Origin: a virus | Direction: 5' to 3' (one strand) | Length of the DNA: 64,000 nt | IMG/VR virus record: IMGVR_UViG_3300029922_000004 | Shown: piece after piece, positions 39,432-48,800 of the stretch | How positions within the stretch are numbered: the stretch's first letter is position 1 | How the letters are laid out: each line of letters starts with the position of its first letter | Notes under the pieces: model-generated | The model's database searches: none | Told to the model about the DNA's origin: nothing | What the model saw: only the letters and a program-made list of their open reading frames with translations | Made by a program: the position numbers and the translations under genes

Positions 39432-40101
39432 AAATAAAGGAGGAATTTTTTCACAAGAGCAGTCGGCATTTATAGAAGAGCATTATACTCATAAGGGTTC
39501 TCTTTTTTGTGCTACACAATTAGGTTTTACTCCACAACAAATCTGTACGAGGGCGCATCTTCTTGGGTTAAAAAAGATTTGGTTTGACGAAAAGGGTAGG
39601 AAGATTTGCGGACATTGCAAGAAATATAAAAAACCTAAAGATTTTCCAATGAGGGATTCTAAAAAAGGTAAAATATCTGCTCGTTGCCGTAAGTGTTGTA
39701 CAGAATGTACGAGAGAATATCTAAAAATTCCAGCAAATAGAGAAAGGTTAAATCGCAATCGGCGTGATGCACTGAGAAAAAATCCCAGTTTTCGTATGGG
39801 AATGTTAATTTCTTGTAAAATTAGAGAAGCTATTAAGGGGCAGACTGGGGAGAAAAACAAGAATTATGCAGAAGCTCTTTTAGGTATTCCTATTATGGAA
39901 TACAGAGAGTATATTAAAGATAAGTTTATAAAGGGGATGGCTTGGGAAAATTATGGTGAATGGGACATCGACCACATAAAGCCCTTATCATCGTTTGATT
40001 TAACAGACCCAGAACAACAAAAAATCTGTTTTTATCATACTAATACACAACCGCTATGGGAAGAGGATAATCAAAAGAAAGGGGCAAAAATTGTTCTCTA
40101 A
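39391..40101 (+). CDS. HNH endonuclease
   Basis: CxxC, WENYGEWDIDHIKP, YHTNTQPLWEEDNQKKG. Confidence 0.85.
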   Translation: MSARTTFLIMYIIKNKGGIFSQEQSAFIEEHYTHKGSLFCATQLGFTPQQICTRAHLLGLKKIWFDEKGRKICGHCKKYKKPKDFPMRDSKKGKISARCRKCCTECTREYLKIPANRERLNRNRRDALRKNPSFRMGMLISCKIREAIKGQTGEKNKNYAEALLGIPIMEYREYIKDKFIKGMAWENYGEWDIDHIKPLSSFDLTDPEQQKICFYHTNTQPLWEEDNQKKGAKIVL

Positions 40102-40654
40102 CGACACATATAACTTCCTACGAATAGAAAACGTAGATAAGATTCCATTCCCCTCACAGATAAAAGACAATCTCGCGGGATATGACTGGTCTAATCATAC
40201 TTGGAATACTTTTGGACTTCCGGCATTTCATAGTACCTTTACTATCACCGGCGACCAATTATATTTTGAAAAAGACGCCGACGATAACATGGCTCTGCGG
40301 AAAGAAGATTGGAGTGGTCAAATTTTAGCCAGTTGCGTAATCCCGAATCCCAACAACTGCGGGGAGGTTTATTTTTTAACATTTGAACTTACATTTTGCC
40401 ACGGAACTTTAAGTGCGGCGACCCTCAAAGAATTCAAGACTCAACCCAAAGTAGATTACGATACGGGTCTGGTAAAGTTCCAAACCAAACTCGCCAAGAG
40501 CATAAAACTCCGCAATTCGTGGTATTTTAAGTGGTTATATCTGCCGTACTTTTACCTTCTGAAATGGATATCTGTGGGGGTTGTTTTTGTTGTGGAATTT
40601 ATATTGAGGGTATTTTGTTGGATTGTAGATTTGTTGTTGCCGATAAAGATATGA
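40091..40654 (+). CDS. Hypothetical protein with C-terminal hydrophobic segment
   Basis: 187-aa ORF. Confidence 0.6.
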   Translation: MFSNDTYNFLRIENVDKIPFPSQIKDNLAGYDWSNHTWNTFGLPAFHSTFTITGDQLYFEKDADDNMALRKEDWSGQILASCVIPNPNNCGEVYFLTFELTFCHGTLSAATLKEFKTQPKVDYDTGLVKFQTKLAKSIKLRNSWYFKWLYLPYFYLLKWISVGVVFVVEFILRVFCWIVDLLLPIKI

Positions 40655-40821
40655 ATGAAGAATTTGAGCGTTGTTGTCTACAGTGGAATCCCAATATAGA
40701 AGCAATACATTGGGGTTTAAAAATGGCAGCAATGAATGGAACTCCTACTAAATTTGATAAATTTGTTTACTGTCCTTGGTGTGGCAAGAAATTGAGTGAA
40801 AGAAAGCCCTTTAAACCATGA
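40651..40821 (+). CDS. Small Cys-motif protein
   Basis: RCC...YCPWCGKKL. Confidence 0.55.
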   Translation: MNEEFERCCLQWNPNIEAIHWGLKMAAMNGTPTKFDKFVYCPWCGKKLSERKPFKP

Positions 40822-41168
40822 AATTAGCAATCATAGGCTCTCGGACTTTTAATGACTATTATGCCGCCGAACAAGTTTTTCTTAAAGAATTTCAAGGTCA
40901 AGACATAACAGAAATAGTCAGCGGCGGGGCTGTTGGAGCAGATTTAATAGGCAAAGATATAGCAGTTAATTTTAAATTAAAATATAAAGAATTTATCCCC
41001 GACTGGCAAAAATATGGTAGAAGCGCGGGTTTTAGACGTAATCAACTTATTATTGACTACGCTGATATAGTGCTGGCATTTTGGGATGGGAAATCCAAGG
41101 GGACTTCAAACTCAATAGACATAGCAACGAAACAGGGAAAGAAAGTAATAACTCATTTATTTAGTTGA
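40818..41168 (+). CDS. DUF2493/YspA-like SLOG-family protein
   Basis: IIGSRTF, VSGGAVGAD, AGFRRN, AFWDGKSKGT. Confidence 0.85.
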   Translation: MKLAIIGSRTFNDYYAAEQVFLKEFQGQDITEIVSGGAVGADLIGKDIAVNFKLKYKEFIPDWQKYGRSAGFRRNQLIIDYADIVLAFWDGKSKGTSNSIDIATKQGKKVITHLFS

Positions 41169-41195
41169 ATTTTCTTAATTTTAATATAATACTCT

Positions 41196-41480
41196 ATGTC
41201 ACCAGCACCACTAAATTACGGAGATGGGTCTACAGCTACCTATTTATGGGACGCTCCCGAACCCGAAGATTCAAAACATATTGACATGGGTATAGTCAGG
41301 AATATACAGTTAAAAGTTGATATTACTGATGCTTGCAATAAAGCCTGTCGAGAAAATGTATCTAATACCCCAGATTTTATCCTAGCGGAATACATAATGG
41401 CCGCACTTGACGCTTTTGAAAAAGCCAGTATCGCGCGGGAAAAGTGGTATGGTAAATCTTTAAGTATCGGCGGAAATTAA
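41196..41480 (+). CDS. Hypothetical protein
   Basis: ENVSNTPDFILAEY motif common in phage small ORFs. Confidence 0.6.
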   Translation: MSPAPLNYGDGSTATYLWDAPEPEDSKHIDMGIVRNIQLKVDITDACNKACRENVSNTPDFILAEYIMAALDAFEKASIAREKWYGKSLSIGGN

Positions 41481-41483
41481 TTT

Positions 41484-41705
41484 ATGCAAACAGAAAACCA
41501 ACAAGCCCTAATCAATAAAATCATCGCAGAATCGCCCAATAAGAAATGCGCGGGATGTGGGCATGAATACTTTATCCGAGCCACGATTCAAAAGGAAGTC
41601 TCTGCCGTTTTGAGCGGTACAGGCAAGCCAGAAGTTCTCCTAGCGGAAATATTACTTTGCCAAAAATGCGGGGAAAAGTCAGAACAGAATAAGATTATTT
41701 CCTAA
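41484..41705 (+). CDS. Zinc-ribbon protein
   Basis: CAGC...CQKCG. Confidence 0.6.
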   Translation: MQTENQQALINKIIAESPNKKCAGCGHEYFIRATIQKEVSAVLSGTGKPEVLLAEILLCQKCGEKSEQNKIIS

Positions 41706-41875
41706 TATGCAAGCTAAGACGAAAAAACAATCCCGCCGAGACGCGAAAATCAATAAAATAGTTGTTCAAGCTCTCCAAGATTTATGGAGAAGGGATTTAA
41801 TAGAGATTGAGCGGCAAATGAAAACTCATCTTGACTGCGTTGCGGGAGAAGGTTGTAAGTCCTCGTCCGAAACAC

Positions 41876-42379
41876 TTAGTCGGTAGTTTTCTTCTGCTCC
41901 GCTAGAGGCTCGGAGTTCGGCTTGACGCTAGAAGCCTCGTTCGCGGTTTTATTCAGGGGAAGATTATGTTGGAAAGCGGGCGGGACATTTTTCAGTTCTG
42001 GCCAATTTTTAAGAATTTCCTCTTCGCTAAACCAGCCTTTGCCGTCCCATTCATCAAGTGATGTGTCGCGGTTTTCTGGAGCCACATTATCATTCAGATA
42101 AAAATCGGAAAGTGTGTTTAGTTTTAGAAGCGGGGTTTCGTCGTGACCATCAGTGTTGGCTTTTGAAACTTTAGACGCCCAGTGGTTAGGCAAATATTTT
42201 GGGCCGGGATTGTTTAAGTCGGTGGCGTTGCTATCAAAATCAACTCTCACCACGCTGCCGTCCGCAGCCTCCGCGTAGACTGCAAAGGCTTTCGGCCCCT
42301 TGGATTTAAACGGGCGGTGAAGAAATTTATCCTTCTTGGCTTTAGCGATACTCTGTGAAAAGTCGACGGTGATATTCAT
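41876..42379 (-). CDS. Hypothetical protein (DUF6321-like segment)
   Basis: LHRPFKSKGPKAFAVY...VRVDF; preceded by a GTGTAA box. Confidence 0.55.
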   Translation of the reverse strand: MNITVDFSQSIAKAKKDKFLHRPFKSKGPKAFAVYAEAADGSVVRVDFDSNATDLNNPGPKYLPNHWASKVSKANTDGHDETPLLKLNTLSDFYLNDNVAPENRDTSLDEWDGKGWFSEEEILKNWPELKNVPPAFQHNLPLNKTANEASSVKPNSEPLAEQKKTTD

Positions 42380-42396
42380 AATATGGATAATTACAC

Positions 42397-43119
42397 CTAT
42401 TTTTGCGACTTGGAGGCTTTTTCTTCCAAATGCTTCTGGAGCAAGTCGCCGAGATTATTCAGGGGTTTCTTCGCGCCAAGTCCGGGTTGCATCCCGCCAT
42501 CATCGTAGCGTTGACCGTCCCATGCCGAAAGTTGGAAGGGGGGCGGCGTAAAACCGGAATCGAAGCTTTCCTTTGATAAGTAATTGTCCCCGACAGGATT
42601 AATTTTTGCTCCAGCCTTCTCTTCTAATTGTAGAGAGTCAACAACCCCGCCGTCATAACGAAAACCGCCTTTGTGGTCGCCGGATAAAATAGAGGTAGGG
42701 TTTTGTGCCATTGAAATCGGGCTGCTACGTCCACTCGGAAATTCTATGAGGAACGCACTATTGGGGTCGACTGCCATTTTCTCCGAAGCAAAATCTGCGT
42801 TTCGGTGGTAACTTTGGTCGAAAATATCGACTCGAATCCTGTCATTGTCAACTGTAGCCCCACTTTGAGCAAGTGTCTCTTTCGGTAGAAAATCGCGCGT
42901 CATATCCTGTGTTGCTTTAAAAAAATCTTTACTTTCTTCGTGTAAATCGCGGGGTTTGAGAATCGTTTTAACAGAACCACTTACACTCGCGGAGTTGATT
43001 TCTTGTGAAATTTTGTCAACAACGTCGGGGTTGGCTAAACGCTGTTTCCAATATTGACGGGTAAAATCACCGGGTTGCCCGTCTGCAAAAAGGTCAAGTG
43101 GCTCTCGTGAAAATCCCAT
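42397..43119 (-). CDS. Hypothetical protein
   Basis: 240-aa ORF preceded by a GTGTAA box. Confidence 0.65.
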   Translation of the reverse strand: MGFSREPLDLFADGQPGDFTRQYWKQRLANPDVVDKISQEINSASVSGSVKTILKPRDLHEESKDFFKATQDMTRDFLPKETLAQSGATVDNDRIRVDIFDQSYHRNADFASEKMAVDPNSAFLIEFPSGRSSPISMAQNPTSILSGDHKGGFRYDGGVVDSLQLEEKAGAKINPVGDNYLSKESFDSGFTPPPFQLSAWDGQRYDDGGMQPGLGAKKPLNNLGDLLQKHLEEKASKSQK

Positions 43120-43178
43120 ATTGTTATATTACACAAAATTGTCCTTTATACTTTCTCTTATTTCTACTATAATACTCA

Positions 43179-43505
43179 ATGAAAAAAATCCTAATCTTGT
43201 CTGCTATCGTTTTGTCAGTTTTCGCGGTATCTGCGATTGCCCAGACCAATACCGTCCCCGCAGGAACAAACGCGCCTGTAGTGACGCATAACGTCGAATC
43301 TGACGCCATCCAGTTGGTCTCTGATATCGCGCCGAATGTTGGCTGGAAGAATCTTGCGGCTCTAATTTTGAGCGTCAATCTTTTGGCTCAAGGTATTAAC
43401 AACTACTATCTCAAACGCAATCCGAAGGCTCAAAACAGCACTTTAGGCAAGTTAGTGGCTCATGTCGCGGTTGACCCGATTACAGTTCCCGCAAATAAAG
43501 TGTAA
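43179..43505 (+). CDS. Exported/membrane protein, holin-like C-terminus
   Basis: Signal peptide plus hydrophobic helix. Confidence 0.6.
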   Translation: MKKILILSAIVLSVFAVSAIAQTNTVPAGTNAPVVTHNVESDAIQLVSDIAPNVGWKNLAALILSVNLLAQGINNYYLKRNPKAQNSTLGKLVAHVAVDPITVPANKV

Positions 43506-43520
43506 TTTTAGAAAATAATA

Positions 43521-43550
43521 CTTGACATTTTCCGAAAAGTATGCAATAAT
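43521..43550 (+). promoter_or_regulatory. Sigma70-type promoter
   Basis: cTTGACA-TTTTCCGAAAA...AATAAT. Confidence 0.65.
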
Positions 43551-43557
43551 TAGTTAT

Positions 43558-43998
43558 ATGAAAAAAATCCTCATTTCTCTCTCGTTTGCCCTGATGCTGG
43601 CGGCTGTTGGTTTTGGAATCGCGGGGTGTGCGACGAATGCTAATTTGGCTCCTAACGGCGCTTATTCGAATGACGCCTTCCTCTACAACGTAGATTCTGT
43701 AGTAATTTCCTCATATTCGTCCATCGATGCGTTTTTGGTTTTTGAGACTGCGAATGAAAATTATTTCAAAACGAATTCTCCCGCAACATTTGCTTTGGCC
43801 AATACGATTCGTGCTAAGACTCCAAAAATCCTCTCTGATATTAATATTGCCAGAACCGCTTATGTCAAATACTTTTCAGAAACGAATGCATCGTTTGCAG
43901 ATTTGCAGTCAGCTAGTAACACGCTATCTTCCGCTTTAACAGAGATTACATCTGAGGCGACTAGCACATCAACCGTTTCAACAAACATTACCCAATAA
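43558..43998 (+). CDS. Lipoprotein
   Basis: Signal peptide with IAGC lipobox. Confidence 0.7.
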   Translation: MKKILISLSFALMLAAVGFGIAGCATNANLAPNGAYSNDAFLYNVDSVVISSYSSIDAFLVFETANENYFKTNSPATFALANTIRAKTPKILSDINIARTAYVKYFSETNASFADLQSASNTLSSALTEITSEATSTSTVSTNITQ

Positions 43999-44002
43999 AT
44001 TT

Positions 44003-44290
44003 ATGGCAACAACTACACAAACAACAATCGCGGTCGGAGCTAATGACCTCAGTGCAGCAGTCAACGCGCTGCTACCCGTTTTATCCGCATATATTCCGGC
44101 GGTTGCTTCGAATGCCCAATTAGTTACGTTAGGTACATCTGCACTAACGAGTTTGGCTACACTGATTGCTAATTTGCCAATTTCTACTGGGACTATTAGT
44201 GTGGCCCAACAGAGCGCTTTGCTCGCTCAGATTTATACGATTCTTTCCGGCTCGGAATTGGCTGGAAAAGAGTGGGTCGTTCAAACATAA
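44003..44290 (+). CDS. Small hydrophobic protein
   Basis: Ala/Leu/Thr-rich, 95 aa. Confidence 0.65.
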   Translation: MATTTQTTIAVGANDLSAAVNALLPVLSAYIPAVASNAQLVTLGTSALTSLATLIANLPISTGTISVAQQSALLAQIYTILSGSELAGKEWVVQT

Positions 44291-44312
44291 TTTAAACTTT
44301 AGTGTTCATAGA

Positions 44313-44344
44313 GACTCCAAGTATTAATTTATTTGGAGTTTTTT
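44313..44344 (+). terminator. Rho-independent terminator
   Basis: ACTCCAA/TTGGAGT stem followed by a T tract. Confidence 0.6.
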
Positions 44345-44357
44345 CGTATAATAAACA

Positions 44358-44849
44358 ATGAAACTCTTTAATTTGATTATTTTAATTCTATTGATGGGTT
44401 TTTCCTGCTTTGCTCAAACCAACGCCTTTTCTAATCTCGAACTCAAATTAGAGCAGCCCTTTACGAATCGTGAATATACAGTGGAAGTCGGGGGTCTGTA
44501 TGGTTTCTCCACTAGACAAGTCGGCGGTTTTGTAGATTTATATACACCTATTGGTGCGACAAATTCCGCGTTTGGAATCGGTACTTCTATAGCCTACATG
44601 GGTAGTTTTTACAACGCCAATATCAACGGCAAAATCGGTGTAGAGATTCCGCGAACGAGCCTTTATGCTTATGTTGAATCAGGCGGGGGCTTGGATTTAA
44701 AAACTTCTACACTTATTAACCAAGACTTCGCTGGACTTATATATAAAAAACAATTCACCAAAAGAATACTCACGGGGGGCGTGGCTATTGGGAAAATTTC
44801 TAATTATAATGGATGGATTTTGGCATTTGGCGCGAGTTGGACTTTTTAG
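44358..44849 (+). CDS. Putative small outer-membrane beta-barrel protein
   Basis: Signal peptide, alternating amphipathic strands, C-terminal FGASWTF. Confidence 0.55.
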   Translation: MKLFNLIILILLMGFSCFAQTNAFSNLELKLEQPFTNREYTVEVGGLYGFSTRQVGGFVDLYTPIGATNSAFGIGTSIAYMGSFYNANINGKIGVEIPRTSLYAYVESGGGLDLKTSTLINQDFAGLIYKKQFTKRILTGGVAIGKISNYNGWILAFGASWTF

Positions 44850-44866
44850 TTAGTGTAATTAGTTGG

Positions 44867-45754
44867 GTGAAGAAGTCGAAAACTAAATACATTCTAATAA
44901 TTTCGGGAGGTGGCTGCAATGGCGAGTTACCAACACACCTAATCAAAGAAATTGAACGGGTTAGCGGTAAAAAATGTTGTGATATATTTTCGATGATTAG
45001 CGGCACTAGCATCGGGGCGATTGTCGGAGGGCTTTTATCTATTGGAATTCCTAGTCAAGACTGCCTCCAATTCTTTTCTGATAATGCTCCTGTAATTTTT
45101 CATAGAGAATGGTATGATTTCGGCTTGTTTTCTCCAAAGTATAAAGCTGGTATTATAGAAGGAATTCTTAAAGGAAAATTCGGGAACAAAACCCTCAAAG
45201 ATTGCAAAACAAAATTACTTATCCCGACTTTTGACCTCGTTTCAGAAGACCCTTTCTTTTTTAAGAGTTTTGACGGCAAAGATTATCCTCTTTGGGTAGC
45301 GACTCGTGCCAGCAGCAGCGCCCCACTATATTTTCCTGCGTTCAAACACGACGGTCATGTATTTTTTGATGGTGGATTGTTCGCGAACAACCCTGAAGTT
45401 TGCGCTTTGGCCGAAGCTGTTAAGTTGGGTTGGGATTTAAAAGACATTAAAATTCTTTCTCTAGGATGCGGCGATGTCCCCGCAAAAGATAATCCAGAGC
45501 AGTATATCAACTGCGGTGCTTTAAAAAATTTAATTAAAGTATTCTCAATTCTCTTTACGGGCGGAACAGAAGATTCAGATTATCAATGCAAACAAATCCT
45601 CGGAGACAACTATCTTTCCATTAACCCAAAAGTAAAAAATCCTCTGGGACTTGATGACACTTCTCCTAAAGCACTTCAACAACGCGACGAACTTGGCCGC
45701 GAATGGGTCAAAAACCACTTCTGGCAGATAGAAGAGTTTCTCAATTTAAAATAA
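44867..45754 (+). CDS. Patatin-like phospholipase
   Basis: SGGGCNG, GTSIG nucleophile, DGGLFANNP; GTG start after a GTGTAA box. Confidence 0.88.
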   Translation: MKKSKTKYILIISGGGCNGELPTHLIKEIERVSGKKCCDIFSMISGTSIGAIVGGLLSIGIPSQDCLQFFSDNAPVIFHREWYDFGLFSPKYKAGIIEGILKGKFGNKTLKDCKTKLLIPTFDLVSEDPFFFKSFDGKDYPLWVATRASSSAPLYFPAFKHDGHVFFDGGLFANNPEVCALAEAVKLGWDLKDIKILSLGCGDVPAKDNPEQYINCGALKNLIKVFSILFTGGTEDSDYQCKQILGDNYLSINPKVKNPLGLDDTSPKALQQRDELGREWVKNHFWQIEEFLNLK

Positions 45755-45821
45755 TCCCCGTACTTCTACTAATAGTACAACACCTAATCAGGTCTTAACC
45801 TAATTTTTGTGTAAATAAAGG

Positions 45822-46637
45822 ATGATTATACCTATATCGTCCGCCGAGCCAGTGTATTACATCGTGGGGATTATTACCGCCGCCGTGACATTTATACCAC
45901 TTGTATTTCATAAATTTATGAAACTTATACGGGCTATCAAATCTAAATTCCTCTATTACGAAGAAATGCAATCTAAAATTGAAAAAATCTTCCTCGAAGT
46001 CACTCCAAATCACGGAACTTCAATCAAGGACAAAATCAACAAATCTTTTGAACAGTTAGCCAAGAATACAGAATTGACAGAAAAAATCTTCTACCGCCAA
46101 AGATGGATGTTAGATAACCAAGATGTCGCCATTTTCGAGAGTGACGCCGAAGGAAAATGTGTTTGGGCTAATACCGCGTATCTTGCCTTGGTTAAGAGGG
46201 ATTTGGCATTTGTGTTGGGAGATGGATGGAAAAATATTGTAGAAAGCAATGATAGGGAGCGCGTGATACATAATTGGATTGCTTCGGTAAAAGACGGAAT
46301 TAACGCCGAAGACACTTATAATATCGTAGATGGAGAGGGGAAGATAATAAAAGTATTTTGCGCGGCCTGTAAAACCGAAAAAACAGGGTACATTGCTTCT
46401 ATTAGGTTGATTAACTCAACTGACGCGATTAAATACGCGATTAAAGACGCGGCTCAATTAATTACTACTGCCAGCGAAAAGGCTTCTAAAGATATTGAGA
46501 TAGCGGCAGATACCGCTTCGAAAATACTTACGAAACACGCCAACGAAGCAATAGAAACACTTTCTAAACGCGCCCAGATTGCTGCTGAATTGTTGAAAAC
46601 GAACGCCGAATCGTTAAAAAAAGCAAATAATTCTTGA
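45822..46637 (+). CDS. Membrane-anchored PAS-domain protein
   Basis: N-terminal TM, EVTPNHGTSIKD, AIFESDAEGKCVWAN...GDGWKNIV..DRERV, helical tail. Confidence 0.8.
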   Translation: MIIPISSAEPVYYIVGIITAAVTFIPLVFHKFMKLIRAIKSKFLYYEEMQSKIEKIFLEVTPNHGTSIKDKINKSFEQLAKNTELTEKIFYRQRWMLDNQDVAIFESDAEGKCVWANTAYLALVKRDLAFVLGDGWKNIVESNDRERVIHNWIASVKDGINAEDTYNIVDGEGKIIKVFCAACKTEKTGYIASIRLINSTDAIKYAIKDAAQLITTASEKASKDIEIAADTASKILTKHANEAIETLSKRAQIAAELLKTNAESLKKANNS

Positions 46638-46662
46638 CTTTTCCCGAAAAATACCCTACTAT
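46633..46662 (+). promoter_or_regulatory. Sigma70-type promoter
   Basis: cTTGACT-17-TACTAT with TTTTCCCGAAAA. Confidence 0.72.
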
Positions 46663-46936
46663 TGGGTATGCCAAAGTCGTTTTTTACCCAGTTTTCAGAG
46701 TGTCGCGCCAAGTGTCTAAATAAAAAGACCAAATTTTTCTCTTTTAAAAAGAACCCCGATTTACTCCCTGCGATTCCTTCTCCCAAAATGTTCCAACTGA
46801 TAAAATCAAACAAATGGCAGGGCGTGACTTTATTGAGATGTTTTAAATTCGGCGGGATTTGTTCGGGCGGGAACGTAAAGTGTCGAGCAATGCGTGGTCT
46901 TCCCGCAAGAGAAGTCGATAAAAGGTTTCAATAATT

Positions 46937-47197
46937 ATGGACAAATACAATCCCGGTCGAGCAGCGAAACGCGCGGAACTAAAACGCCGCCTAGTGGAAT
47001 TCCACGGCGGGGCCTGTCAAGAGTGTGGCTACAAAAAATATTTGGGAGCTTTACAATTCCACCACAAAGACCCCGCGAAAAAGAAATTCGGCCTAGGCGA
47101 ATGGCTGTGTCATAATTTTGAGATTCTGAAAGAGGAGTTTAAAAAATGTAATTTACTCTGTGCAAATTGCCACGCGGAAGAAGAGGCTGGAATATGA
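46937..47197 (+). CDS. Small HNH endonuclease
   Basis: CQECG...LQFHH...CNLLCANCH. Confidence 0.85.
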   Translation: MDKYNPGRAAKRAELKRRLVEFHGGACQECGYKKYLGALQFHHKDPAKKKFGLGEWLCHNFEILKEEFKKCNLLCANCHAEEEAGI

Positions 47198-47451
47198 GTG
47201 ATAAAGAATACGCCGTCGAATACGCGAAAGATAACGTCAAAAACGCGGAATCACGCCTTCGCGAAGCTAAGAAAAATTTGGAAGAGGGGTATAAAAAGTC
47301 CCAAGCACAAGTTGAACAGGCTAAGTCCGATGCAGAACGCGAATATACGCGACTCAAGGAAGAAGTCACCCGCGCCCAAAATTCAGTTGATATTAATAAC
47401 AAATATTTACAATCCCGCGAGGCTGACTTAGAGAATGGTTTTGACAAATAA
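47194..47451 (+). CDS. Coiled-coil hypothetical protein
   Basis: ATGA overlap, heptad-rich. Confidence 0.6.
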   Translation: MSDKEYAVEYAKDNVKNAESRLREAKKNLEEGYKKSQAQVEQAKSDAEREYTRLKEEVTRAQNSVDINNKYLQSREADLENGFDK

Positions 47452-47703
47452 TTTATGAGAACCCAACAAGACGAACAAATTTCGGAAATTCTCGATGATA
47501 TCCGCGACGAACTTGAAAACGCCAATAGCCACAACCAAGTAAATTTACCTTGGGATTTTTATAATGCAGTCCGGCATTTGGTAAAAGAGGAGGACAGGGT
47601 GGAACTTATGGCAAAGAAGTGATTTTTACAAATACTCAATGTAAATTAATTTATTTAAATAATTTTAAAATAGAAGAGCAATAGTATCGTGTAAATATGA
47701 GAA

Positions 47704-47895
47704 ATGTCCCTCTCATTTACCCTCAACCAAATAGAATATTTTATTGAGTTTCTAGAAAATGGCAAGATACAATTTTACTCCTTTACCCTCCAAAAAGTGG
47801 TTGCGTGTTATCCCATCAACATCGCTCGCGAGGATTTCGCACAATGGCCGGAGGAGATAAGAGAAGGAATAAAGGGATTTTTGTGGTTGAAATGA
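47704..47895 (+). CDS. Hypothetical protein
   Basis: 63 aa after a GTGTAA box. Confidence 0.5.
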   Translation: MSLSFTLNQIEYFIEFLENGKIQFYSFTLQKVVACYPINIAREDFAQWPEEIREGIKGFLWLK

Positions 47896-47980
47896 TTGAA
47901 TTTGTTAAGGAAAATGAGAAAATTGAAATATTTGAATTATTTGCTTGTTATTTTGTGAAGTTCAGTGTAAGATATAACAG

Positions 47981-48310
47981 TTAAATGAAATTTAGTACGA
48001 CAATTAGTATGCAGCGCGAACCCCTCATAAAGGGTTATTCGCCGTCATTACAACATAATTGTTGGGCGGGGGATAGAAAATAAATGGGTGACTAGGATTT
48101 AGAGAAAATAAGTAATAGTCGCCCTCGAAAAGAAGTTTTCGGGGATTTTTAGTTTTTGGGTAGTTTTTTCTGATAAAAGCTGCAAGATGGAATAAAATCC
48201 GTGAAATTCGGACGTAGAGGCAGAGTGTCAAATCACAGAGCCGGTAGCAGTCGGACTCTCGAAGCAGCACTGACTATCACCAACGAGAGGTCATTATGAT
48301 GGGTTGAAAG
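47981..48310 (+). ncRNA. Candidate large structured ncRNA preceding the tRNA cluster
   Basis: Nested helices closed by GCAGC/GCTGC, a 9-bp GGGTGACTA/TAGTCGCCC helix, and a 3' pseudoknot. Confidence 0.5.
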
Positions 48311-48342
48311 ACTTGTTGTTTTTGAATTTAATTTTTAATTTT

Positions 48343-48419
48343 GCGGAGATGATGTAAATGGGTAAACATAGAAAATTCCAAACTTTCCTATCAGGACTCC
48401 CAAGCCTGTCTCCGCGCCA
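48343..48419 (+). tRNA. tRNA-Trp(CCA), degenerate T-loop
   Basis: 7-bp acceptor, G73, CCA end, intact D arm; T-loop CUCCCAA. Confidence 0.7.
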
Positions 48420-48501
48420 TTTTATATCTGAAAAATAAGGGTAAGTTATCATTGTTAATGAGTGAAGAGAAATTCCGCTTATCAAACTTTTTCTTGAATT
48501 T

Positions 48502-48580
48502 GGGGAATGGGATTGCCTTGGCGTGGTCGCCGCACTTGCAATGCGAATACAGACGAGTTCGACGCTCGTATTCTCCACCA
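48502..48580 (+). tRNA. tRNA-Ala(TGC)
   Basis: G3-U70, TTCGA T-loop, CCA end. Confidence 0.88.
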
Positions 48581-48581
48581 T

Positions 48582-48666
48582 CGTAGTTTGAGATAGCGGC
48601 AATTCTAGTACGCTGTAAACGTACCGCCTTCGGGCTTCACTCGTTCGAGTCGAGTAACTACGACCA
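48582..48666 (+). tRNA. tRNA-Tyr(GTA) with C1:G72
   Basis: Full cloverleaf, long variable arm, A73, CCA end. Confidence 0.9.
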
Positions 48667-48724
48667 CTTTTCGCAAGAGGATAGAATCGCTTGCCCGACG
48701 CAAGGAATTGCGTCTCTCTTTTAT

Positions 48725-48800
48725 CAGGTGCGTATAATAACGGCTAATTTCTCAGTTTGTGAAACTGACTAACCGAGGTCGGCACTCGGCCACCTGACCA
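48725..48800 (+). tRNA. tRNA-His(GTG), atypical
   Basis: Perfect anticodon arm; A73 opposite U-1; T-loop GUCGGCA; CCA end. Confidence 0.75.

Noticed and set aside
46867-46907. Mini tRNA-like hairpin GCGGGAA/TTCCCGC-A
   Set aside because: Only 26 nt between the stems, no T arm or CCA; may simply be a hairpin upstream of the HNH gene
48170-48235. Resemblance to the 3' end of the tRNA-Leu group I intron (AAAGCTGCAAGA...AAAATCCGT)
   Set aside because: No P7/R/S core and no flanking tRNA exons found
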